Assembly (NCBI GenBank): GCA_040954595.2
Contig: CM082581.2
Coordinates: forward strand, 14,125,250 to 14,189,249
DNA: 64,000 nucleotides
Direction of reading: 5' to 3'
From: Balanoglossus misakiensis
Lineage: Eukaryota > Animalia > Hemichordata
The position numbers and the translations under genes are program-made. The notes beneath the pieces are model-generated. The model was not told the DNA's origin and ran no database searches. It saw nothing but the letters and a program-made list of their open reading frames with translations. The first letter of the stretch is position 1; each line of letters starts with the position of its first letter. Positions 30,250 to 42,200 of the stretch are shown here, one piece after another.

Positions 30250-31140
30250 GTCATTGAGGAGGCTCGCTTGTTTTATTACTCGTTATGTACTTCCCCGCTT
30301 TGTGAAGGGGCTTTGAGAGCTACGCCCGCTTACTGATAACGGGATGTAGCAGCTGAATGTGGAATGGCGCACCGACTCAACACAAGGTGACTCTTCTGAA
30401 AGTACGTCACAGTCGGCAGCCCGGTGTGAAAATCCTGCCTCTCTATTAAATACCGAAGGTATGAACTTTTATGGTTGGCACTGCACTGTTTTGTGGATTG
30501 TTGCCGGTATAATTAAGCTTGTGGATTCCTCCGAACAGCCACTTTGCGCCGTACCCAGTCATTGCTCATTCAGGCTGAAGGTGTCCAAGCGTTTACACGC
30601 GTGTCATCCTGTAACAGTATTACTGTCGAACCTCGGCGCATTATCCGTTGCCAAGCAGGTCGCAGCGAGGGATTTAACTCGGTACACGGATAAAGTCGCA
30701 CCCTCTGAACGAGTGCAATGTAGCTGGAAAAAAATCTGCGATCTCTCTTTACACCGGTGGCTTTTTTTTTTCATCGACCTCACAAACGGTTCAGCGAGAT
30801 TACAGCTATTGGTATGGTAAGATATGACGCTATTATTCACGCCTATGCCATCAATTTGTGTGTAACCTGCATTGTGCTTTCCATGTTTGCACGCTGTCAC
30901 ATACGGCTGTGTGAAAAGTCCTTCGACTTGTTAGAGCCAAACAGTACATGTTAACCATTGTCAATGTCCATCAATGCCCTCGGGGTGTGTACATCAACCT
31001 CGCAGCTTGTAATATCGACGGAAGGTACTTTAGGCTCTCAATTAGCACAGCTTATCTCGTAGAACGCGCGACAAATTATCCTTCTACGGCTTTTTCATTA
31101 TGGCACGCGGTACGGTTAATCACCAGAATAAGTCGCCGAT
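30250..31140 (-). mobile_element. Degenerate LTR-retrotransposon (Gypsy-like) integrase fossil
   Basis: LILVI, AVLIESLK, TPRALMDIDNG (DNG at 30954-30962) and SYHTNSCNLAEPFVRSMKK (cf. PYHPQSNGLAERFVRTMKK) occur in the correct order with stops and frameshifts. D-E spacing is ~60 nt longer than canonical D35E, implying an insertion. Confidence 0.45.
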
Positions 31141-31489
31141 CTTAATGCAATCGTGACTCTAAGCTTATGTTCAATGCTGCAATACATTACATCGAACATG
31201 TATGTGTTACATATATCATAGCAATGGCACGTAAAATATACACACTCACGTATTTTGAATTTCAGTCAAAGTTCTTTCTGTAAATTAGCCATTTAAATTT
31301 CCGCTATTTGTGAGAATTTGTTATCCAGCAGACGATGACCACACTTTTAATCCTAAGTCACTCTCGCTTAGTATTTCTTGTTTAATTGACGTTTTTTTCG
31401 GCAATAGCTCACCTGTGTTTTTTTTTCACTGGATGGAAACCATTTTAAATTTGGCTTCAGGCTTCAGCAAACTCCGGCTTAATACAAAC

Positions 31490-32070
31490 TTATGCTACAT
31501 GAATAGATATGAATGGTTCAACCACGTGTTCAATCCTATTACACAATTACGTGTCGTGGCCGGATTCCAGAATTCAAAGATATTTTGTGTGCCTGCACAC
31601 CTGCGTATCGTAAGACTGATATCGCTCGGTACAAAAGACAAAAACAGACCACGAAGCTTGAAAGATCACGGCACCAGTCGGAAAAAATGTTCTCTCTCCG
31701 CACTTCATTACCCCCAAAAGACGCTAGATCTGACATTGATGAAAACGTTCTCCAGGTCGCTGCAAATTTATAATGCGGTCAACATTTTGGCATCGACTGC
31801 TCCACGGCTCTGGTTACACACACCGGGCTAAATTTAGAAAGTAGACTCGCCTTGGGGCTGTATTGCCTTTCCTGTGATTACGACAAAACACGATCTTGTG
31901 AGGAAATCTATCCGCGGTGGTGGCTATCAATAAATCAGGCGTATGTGTGCTTCACTGTACGATTAACTCCAGCATTGTTGACTGTCACTTCTTCGGGATG
32001 CAGTCGAGTGCAGGTTAGAGAAATGCCCGCGAAATTTAAGGAAAATGAGATTCGCTGCGTCCGTCGGTCA
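31490..32070 (+). mobile_element. Degenerate hAT transposase fossil (TTF-type zinc-finger N-terminus to first catalytic region)
   Basis: RYEWF...KIFC...SLKDHGTS (cf. W..FC..C...LxDHxxSxxH), LQIYNAVNILAS, DYDKTRSCEEI (cf. YxNxxACxEF), NSSIVD/VQVR (cf. TDSS.xE..VYVR), all in the correct order. Confidence 0.5.
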
Positions 32071-35000
32071 TAGCACTTCATGAGTATTGAATAGAGTATG
32101 TATTTTGTGAAACCTCACACCACCCCATCTGATATCAACAATTAACATTCCTGTACAATTGTTTAATATATGTGGTGATATTTCGTAATGTCACCGAAGG
32201 GTAAAGAAGCTTACATAATACGTTGATTTTTGTGTCACGGGAGAATTTTCCTCTCCTCGTCACTGATCAGATAGTTAACATGCCAAATAACTTGTTCGCG
32301 GTAAGCATTCAAATTATCACCAGGCGATGCGAATATCTCAGGCAAAGAACAAATGATGTAATCACACACACCGAAGGACATGAATGTTATTGTAATAACG
32401 TCATTCTAACCTCGTGTTATTCCCCCTGAACTGAATTGACTCTGACGTCATATTATTGTATTCTCAAGGAGCGACCCTAACCCATATTGTGGTGATGTCA
32501 CTCTGTCCGCGTTTAACAATATTCATATGCGTCGTTTACAGTTGAGTAAATACATGTGTATCTCGAGATGTCATACTTGAAGTATGTGGTTGACGTCATG
32601 AGTCCGTCATCAGATGCAAACTTAATGAAGGACAACCTTCCTCGCCCGGATGTTGCATCAAAAAATTAAGATGCTCTAGGTCAAAGGTGGCTAAATATTG
32701 TGCCAGAGTCAGCGCCCAATAAACATATTTATTACACTTGTAGTACTATAGAGCTGCGCATGATAACTTTGAAAAAATGGATACTAAAAAACAATCTTGT
32801 CTCGACATCAGAGTATTTGGTTACGTATATAGTTTGCAAACTTCTTTCCCTTTAGTAAGCAGATGTGTAGAATAGTTGAAATTTTTTATCTACCTTAACA
32901 CTAACAGCAGCGTATCGTATGATGTTTACTGTGATAGTTTATTCGTTTATTATTTGCTCTTCAAGTACAATGTCTTAAATAGGAGTTCTTGCGTTGAGTC
33001 ACAGCCAACTACCACATTTTTTCAGGGAGCTTCAAAGTTTAACTAACAGAATATCTTAATAGGATTAAACCCAAAAGCTTCTTGTTTAAAAGGATTAACG
33101 TTTCAATTGAAAACAAAGAAACAGTTAGATGTAAATTCTAGACAGAGCAACAAAACAGACTATCGTGGCACTGGGATTAAAAATCTGGTCTTTAGATCCT
33201 TGAAACTATTACTAGACCGAAATTTGTTGATTTTCACGGTAAACGTGCCTTAGAGTGAGAATTTCACGGAAGTGTATCAACACGCACACTTCAAAGACAA
33301 CTCGCGCGATCACAACCGCTGTCCCATCAATATTCAACACCATACTCATTCCAGATCGCTAATAATGCAGCCAGTTGCGTGATAACATTCTTGTTACGCC
33401 AACAGGTACTACTCTGTTACCTGGCGAAAAACACGAAGGGCTGGGTAGTCACTTGGTCGCCCAAACCGCCCCTCCCTTCAATCAAAGTTCCTTTGGAAAT
33501 CAACATATTAAAGGCAAGTGGGATAAAACCGTCAGCGGACAAAGACAATTGATCGATTGCGCTTACGAAGTCAAATCACTTCGTAATCAGCAAATAAATT
33601 GTTTGAGCGAGCAGTACGATTGGCGTACTCAGTTTATTAAAATGTGAAAAGAGTTATCCCCATTCAAATATTTGCTTTCTGCAAACACCTCCTACAGTCC
33701 AGCATTAGCAACACCACTCGTAGTCAATTGAACTAGACTATATGCTGACACTGTGTCCGCTGTACACACCGTGTCTTTCGTATAATGCAAATATAGATAT
33801 GCGTGGGATCAGATCGCTTACACCGCCTATATGTCTGTAGCTCAGTGTGGCAGTATGCTTGTTACCAGAACGTCAAGGTTTCTTCGTTAACTCCTTCGTG
33901 TATATCCAGTTAAACTTGGGTTTCCATGACACCTCCACTGTGAAAGTTAGCTTGAATTGAAACGTTTGGAAGAAAATATCTGAACTAACCACACCTGGAA
34001 GTCGGCCAAGGACTTTGTGCTGTTCTGTGGAATGCTGTGCTTATAGATTAGGTAGGTTGTGTTATGTAATTCGCTACAATTTGGATCCAGTGTTGATTTG
34101 TCGAATTTCTCGTTCCAGTTAAATGCAGGCAAAGGTATTCGAAACTTTCTTTCAAACTCCTTTCCCACGAGTTCACTAAAGAAACCGCCATGAAACTGTC
34201 ATTTTTTGCCGCACGGTGTCAAAGTATAGTCAGGTTATTTCAAATTGCCAACACTCAAGGTTCTTCTGATGCTAAACGCTTTTTAAAAGGCGTCACAGTG
34301 ATTGCGGAGTACTTTTATAGGTTCCTGGTCAAACATTGAAACCTAACTCAGTGTACAGGTATTATTCGCATGGCAGACTTTGGGAGGAATAAACCCTTTG
34401 ATGGGGTCATGAACCCGATCTGTTGCCCAGGTCTATGTTGAAAGTGTGATATCGGGTTCTTTGTTAATTGAAATAATGATGTAGACAGAGTTTTGTGGTG
34501 GCTTCTTTGATGAGCAGCACGTAGACGATATTTGTGTTTACTCAAAGGCTATCACAATTCTAGCACGTTTACCTAACCATAGATAGATTTCTTCTTCTAT
34601 GAAATAAACAACGCTTAATCCGTGCCCGTCTATAGCTAGTTGCCCCTCGAGCACGGACAGACAACGAGAGAAAACTCGTTGTCTGGCTTCAACACGGCTT
34701 ACATGATTGTAATGATTCTGGTAAAGTCTACGTAAAACCACAGTCCTATAGAGGGTCTGTGGTAAAGCACACTAGGTTAACCTCTCGATTTTCGGATTGC
34801 CCGCGTGGCAAAACGTTTTTGTGGATTAAGCCAGTTTTTCTATCAAGTTGACACCTACTCAAGCTCTCTCCACTGTAGAGATTACAGGGTCGAGTGTGTG
34901 CAGCCGGCAAACCGAGATATTAACACATTACTCGGGGATAGTGCCCATAGACAATTTTCCCCCACTTTGAATACTGGAGCCTGATGGGGAACACAGCAAC

Positions 35001-36227
35001 AGGTGCCATGCTTTGGTATGCGCTTTGCAATCACGAACACCTTCGACGCTAAAACCAATAATAAACACAGCATGTGAGTTGTTCTTTTTGGTCGTGCCCA
35101 TATTTTTGTACGTCATAAACATGCTCACCCATCGTGTGATTTTCACGTTTTATTAACTCTTATATTTTATTGGAGGATCTGTATATTCTTATAGCCAGAA
35201 TCACATTCAACACATGGGACTCAGTGAGGTTTGACAATTAGCTTGAGAGTTGAATGTATCAACCGGTTTTAGTGCTTAGTTTTACCGTGTCTTCAGAGTT
35301 TCATGCGTCGTTAGTTTTCTGTCAAAGGTCAAAGTTATTCCCCAGATGTACATTCACCGCGCAGAGTTATTGAAAAATGCAAGAATTTTAAAAATACTTA
35401 AATTTTGAAACTGTCAGCCTACAGGATTCCCGCATATTCGAAACGAAGTGTGCGGTACGACAATGCGAAGGTGTCAGAGTTTTGAAGATGACACATACTC
35501 TGTTAAAATGTTATCAGCCTAGCGTTTGCATTGTGAAGGAACGACCAGTCCTTTGTAAGTGACTCTCAGTTCTGCTTTTATGAAATTAGATAAACTCTGC
35601 CCTTGTGGATACCTTCAATACACCTCCATCGGTATTTTAATCAACGGCACAAATTCCTCTTTGTTTGCCTTCAATCGCATAAATGTTTATTTTGGGAGTT
35701 CCGTTGTTAATGATATGTGATTGATAGCATGTTAGTTTTGTAAAGGTGATTACGGTTCGTTTGGTGAGTAAAGATGGAGTCGAGTTTGAAAAAAAACCTC
35801 ACATTGTAGCTCGTTTGGTGCGACAGACATGTCTTCCCAAAGGTTTGAGATTTAAACTATATTACAGGCATCTTCTCTGTATCAAGGTTGCAGACCATGA
35901 CCTCTTTTCCCAGAAATTTCCTCACAATGAAATATTACCCCGAGTGTCTAATTTGGGTAATCGAGTAATTGAGCATAGCTTGACTGTAGGATAGTTGTGA
36001 CCTGGAGTAAGTTTCAAAATTGAAAATGGATTTGGCAGTGAGCGTATTGGAACGTCCCTCCAGCATTTCTTGATCACATTTCAAAGACTGTCTCTACTAG
36101 TGTGCCGTGTTCCTCGTTAAAAGGGTTCATTTTTAGAACATTTTTTTGAGAATTGGGCAGTGTTTAAAACTCATTCTTAAGTTATGTTTCCATTCGATAG
36201 AGACATCGCTTTAAAATGCTGATCATA

Positions 36228-36265
36228 GTCGTCGTCGTCGATAAAGATGATGATGATGATGATGA
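36228..36265. repeat. (GTC)n + (GAT)n microsatellite
   Basis: GTCGTCGTCGTCGATAAAGATGATGATGATGATGATG. Confidence 0.8.
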
Positions 36266-39200
36266 AATATATTCAGGGCGTCTTCTAACCCTTCCGGTTG
36301 GAACATTTTAGCAAACTGATGCTCCGCTGATTAAATAAATGGAAATCAGCCGACAAATTGGAACATACGGGCTTCAGATTATAAGGCGTCATTCGTAAAT
36401 ACACCCGAAGGACGACTGAATATTTGTGTAGTTTACAAGATAATATGCGGACATTTTAGAACCGAACACAACTGCTCAGATCTAGATGATAAATTAGATT
36501 TTTATCGATGAATTCCAGCTGGCTTATCATTTCGGAGTAAGGTCACTGTGAACTTCAAGTAGCCCCAAGGCGTTTAACTGTTTTGCAAGAAAACCATCCG
36601 ACATTAATTGGCTGACACGGGAGTCGTAATGTGCATAGCCGTATTACACATCGGACGCTTTGATTTGAACGTGGTTTGGTTTTGTAGGAGTGATTGTGGC
36701 GGAGTGATACACCCATGGGACGCCCCGCCACCGAAAACATGCTGTACTGGATAAAAAACAGATAATAACAAGTACATGTACAGGCTTTTAGAGTTTCTCT
36801 CAGGTGACGAATAATGCTGTGGTTGCGGTTGCGCCCTTGTCAGTACTATCGACTAATCCTGTTTGCACACAACTCGATCCCAAATTGTAAGTCGATCCAA
36901 TGAAGAGTTCCCGTGCAAAATATGTTCAGGATTTTTTTATGCAGGCTGCATTCATAGTTAGTCACCCGTCTCATGAAGAGATGCACTCCACGTGAAGGTA
37001 CATATTAAACTCTACTTGTGGGTCCATTATTCATTTATTATAGTAAATCTGTCAGTTATTATGTAATTGTTCGTTTATAGTACGCTGCGTGGCGTGAAGC
37101 ATCTGTAATACAACTCGTCGGAAATTCAGGTTCGGGAATGGTTATTTGACGTGTCCTGTAACCTGACAGTGAACTTAAAATTGGCTCCAAGGTGAATTGA
37201 TCAGTGTGATATCTTATAGATAATCGTTGTCAATCAAGAACAGTTCACGAGAACACCAACAGCGAGTCAATGCACTCATCCTGAGAACTATCCGTCTTAC
37301 TGACGACCATGCCTTTCAATATCATTGCTGGCAAACATCCTCGAAATTACTTCAAATTGCAGAATAATTATCTAAAGAAAGTTTAAAAATAGAACACGTG
37401 ACTGTGTGTACATGCAAGGCACAACTATTAAGACGTCCCGGAGTTTATTGAAATACCTCACACAGGCTTTCTGCTTACAATGTGAGAATAGCTCAGTCAG
37501 TTTAGATATTTTAATCTTTTAGTTGTAAATTATTTGATTGTCAAACTTATCAGGAAGATTAAATAATCTACCAACGTCTCTGAATTAAGCATTTTACAGC
37601 GGTATTGCCGACATTAGTTTAATCATAGAAAGTACACGTAGGTCTCGGTTGAATGGACGCCACGACAACCAAATTTCATGTACAGAAGGTTATGAGAACT
37701 TATGTTATAATCTTTGCATTCTGTAGCTCATGAGCATTGATAATGCTTTTTTACAATTTTATGAATATTAAATAAATAAGATAAGTCCAACTTATGCTTA
37801 ACGCGATTGATGCATGTTTGTGCATGAAATTATCAGTACTGTAGTGATTCAAAGGCATTATTTGTGACTCTGTCAGTATTGGACGTCGATCCATATAGCA
37901 TCAGGCCGACATAGATCCCTGGCCTGGTAATTTTAAACCCTGGCGCGAAATTACCGTGTCTAATGTTTTCGCTGTGTAAAGGTGTTTGGCAGTGTACTTT
38001 TGAGGCGGATATTTGCATTATAGCTCTCAGTGTGAGATACTCCATCAGCCAGTGACGTGACCTCAGAATATGCTGACAGGTGCGCATCGATCTACACAGA
38101 CAGCCTTCAATCGTCGTTAGCATGTGTTGTGAGAAACGCACGGCAAAATGACCGATTACTCCCCTGACTTATTTGTCGATCGCGTCGATATCTGACCGGC
38201 AGATGGTCTATCACGCCGATTTCCCGTCGTTCCCAGAATCGCTAAATTGAAATACGGGGCATTTGCGCTGGATTGATTTAACTGTTACGAATCAGGCAAG
38301 GCGAACTACTGACGCTATATATACTCGCCGCGACTGTATTACCCAACACAGTGAGTTAATATTGATTGTGTTCTCGGTTTTAGAGGACGTTTTATCTCCA
38401 CAGCGAATTTGAGTTCACTGAATGAATACTAACATATGTACTAAACCTCACGTTTAAGTTGTTTTTCTCATGTATCCGGATCCCTAGAGGGTAAAAAATA
38501 TCAGACATCTTCAGTCTCGGAGGCTAAATTCTTATGAGTGTTTGCACGAATGTCGAATACAATAGTTTAGTGCAAACAACGGCGCCAGTATGTCAAAGTT
38601 TTGTGTAAAAACGCTCTCGGAAACTGCACTCCAATCACATTTTTCTGAATAAACATATCCAATAATCAGTGATCCCTCCAGACTTACTGACACAAATATT
38701 TCAGATTTGTATTTTCTAGCAAAACAATTTGCATGATGGAGACGCGCATGCGTTGATCCTTTCTGTTACGACAGTTGCATCGTTTTCTTTAACATGTCCA
38801 AGTCATTGACAGATATTCACAATACTTACACACATGTAAAGAACATAAAAATCTATAATTCAACAACATCGACATTGATCATGATATTATTCATAACATA
38901 CGGCTAAAATTGCCCCAAATCGATTAGCTATTCCATCGATCTCCTCGCTTTGATTGAAAGGCAGCTATATCCATACTGAGCATAATATATTAATAATTTT
39001 CTGTCATGTGAACAATGAATTTCTTATTAAGCAATATACTTATTGATTTGGTTATGCGGCGTGCTTTAAGTTGCTTTCCGTGAACGCGCGCGTGTACTCA
39101 ACATTGTTCTGTAGAGGTATTCGTGTCTCTTGATGCGCGACGTGTGCTGAAAATGATTCCTGACCGCACTGCATCATTGTCATTATCAGCACGTGACCTG

Positions 39201-42200
39201 GAAATGAAAATAACTTGACAGGCCGTGTAGTATGCAACCAACTTGGCAAGACGCTCGCGATGTTCTATACCAACTGGTACATCGTCCAGGTCATTGTCCT
39301 AAAATGACATGCTTATGTTTTCCCCTCTGGATTTCACGCAGTGTGCAACACTTTGCAACAACAACTTGGCACGGGACATGTTCATGAGTATTATTGACAT
39401 CAAGTTACATGCAGGTTAGCAAACAAATTAAAACGCGACTACCGGACTAATTAAATTCCGCTCACGTCCGAGTGCTAATGAAACTGTGTGATATGAGTAA
39501 ATATTGGCCAATCGTGAACCCATGAAATCGGGGTTTATTGAGTTGGTCAAGCCATCGATATTTTGTCTAATGAGGTACAGGTCATCCGCTTGCACTCAGT
39601 GTATGAATTATGCGGTACTCTTGGCTCCGCTAAATGCCACAAAAATTGCCTGCTTGTAAATTTGTGCCATTTCTGTTGACAAAGAGGTGTATTTATGGCG
39701 TACAACCTGACAGAACCCCAGCCTGATTCAGTCTCTAACCGACGTTTGGCAATGCTGCCAGAGCCTCTCACAGTTAACATGGCATTTGTTAGTGCGCATG
39801 CTTCATCAGTCACTGCTGTGGAGTTCAGCAGCTGTAATTTTTTTTTACTTTTCTGACTTGTTTATTTGTTTGAGTGGTGGCGAGTACCTTTGGTCACTCT
39901 GGTTGAAAACGCATTTTTGAATCACTCGGTTTTTACCAAAGTTCGTGACTGGAAATTTTAAAGATGAATGGTTTTTACACATCGATGTGTGTGCGCTTAA
40001 CTTTAACATATGGCAAATTTTACATGGTACTGGTATAGTGGAGGTAATGATACGCAAACATTCAAATATTCCTTCCGTTGTGGTTGTGGCATTTGAGAAC
40101 AAATGCCATCACATTCGAAACTTATTTCGCTTATTTCCAGTTTTGATATTAAATCATCTCTGTTGATCGTTATTAATAAATTTTGATCGTTATTTATAAA
40201 TCTTTACTGCACCAAAGGCCCAGTGGCAATGAAATAGCAATGAAGGTCTTCCTACTTAAAATAAGGCAGATAAATAAAGATCAGACTCACTGAAAAGAAA
40301 TAAATTGGAATAGGCACAGAGCATGCGCAAAACGTCCAAACAATGGCGAACCTGAGGTGATTTGGCTTATTGGTGAAAGCTGTCATCTGCATACTTTAAT
40401 TAGACTTATCGGTGAGGATTTTCACAAAACGCCGAAGTCAGGTGATACTGACGGGCTTTGTCGTCGAAGGCGCGAACGGCAATAAAGAAATTTCACCCGA
40501 TAGCCTTCTCAAGTTTCTGAAGTAAGAAGAGATCGATGTGACTAGGGTGATAGCCCTTTGTTGAGACACCCTGAATTAGGCGGAGAATTTCAAGTTGACC
40601 GAATATGTCGAAATTGAGTGGACTACACAATCAGTTGTAAAGATACCATTTTCTGAAAAGTTATCAGTTCATACTAAGCATATGGTGTATGGGAAATGGA
40701 TCAAACAATCATTTTGATGCGAAAACCAAGTCACGGGCAGTCGCAAACGCATTTCAACAATTTGGAAAACTCCTGTCCTCATCAGGTTTAAAACTGCCTA
40801 CTTTATATTTCTGAATTCAAACTAGAACTTTTGGCTCGATTAGAGGCCATGTCTTAAGGGGTCGTGGATAATGATAAGGGAAGATCCTTTGTACAGTGCT
40901 GGAAAGCAAAAACTCGAATCTCGGAGTGGGATCTGCTTGCGACTTCAAGATTTGTCGCGTTTGCGTGCATATTAAACTTCCTCGCTTGAAGAATTAGACC
41001 GGACTGGCTTTGTGACCAAGGGTCAATGAAATTCAAGAAAACCATTCTTCCCAACGAAATTGAATGCGTTACTATTGACGACCAAATTATATCGGTGTGT
41101 GTTTCGAGGCTATCATTGTAGGTAATAGACCACTATTTAATAAATGATTATTAATCAAAAAGCCGAAACCGCAAGCTAAATGATAAAATATTCTTTTGGC
41201 TTTGTGTAGGTGTATTTTTTTATTCCAAGGATTGGAAACAACAATATGTCTTTAGAATTGTGCCATATGGGAATGAGCATCTCATCAAATTAACAAAATT
41301 AATTTATGAACAGTGTCGTAAAGGATAAAAATAACGAAACTGTCCATAAGCAGTGGTTCAATATATGTAAACTATAAATATAACCATTGTGAATGAATGG
41401 TATGGACTAATTAAAAATTAACTACCCTTTGGTTGTCAACATTTCATTGCACCCATCGGAATTTAATTCTTATCACTACTTTAAATGTATACTGGCGACT
41501 AATTTACCTAAAGTGTCATTATTGAACTATCCCGGACTCTCTATTGTACAGCACAGGGATCGGCCTATCCTACCCATTTCGTATCGAAAGATTGGATTTC
41601 AACGGCATCGTGACATGGGGTATTATGACGACAGGAGGATCTTTAATTTGGATGTTCGCCTTGGCGTTAACTCGCTCCTGGGGCAGTTTGGCAACACCTT
41701 TCTAAATACAAGTGGTGAATTTTATCTGTTCTTCAGCATAAACATTACGCATCTTTGTTGTCTGTACGTGATGGGGCAACTCCTCTGTAACATGATCAAA
41801 GCAATCAATATACTTTCACAAAATCTTCTACAGATATGACACTCTCGGGAATTACTTTCGATCTGTTTTCTCGAGGTTGAAGGATGCTGCGTTAACCATT
41901 CGCGGCCTCGATCCCGGGAGATGTGGTTGTGAAATGGTCCGTAAGTCTTCTCAGATTCACCCTGGTAATCGCAAAGTGCACAATGCAGTCTCTCTTTGGT
42001 TGAACGAGGACATTACAACTGTCTATAGTGACTCTCACCATAGAGAGGTGTGAAAAGTGAGTATGTATACCATTATGCGTAACCGCTAACACCAGAATGT
42101 CTTGGAGTCTGAGTCTCCAATGATTTCTTCTGAAACTCAAAGTGAGATCATCGTCTGCAGTGGTGATGAGATGTGCTGGCTAGACATGTCATCACTGGAT

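Noticed and set aside
30620-30650. TDNAPRFDS as the integrase DNG motif
   Set aside because: It lies downstream of the LAE motif (wrong order). The DNG at 30954-30962 is the better candidate.
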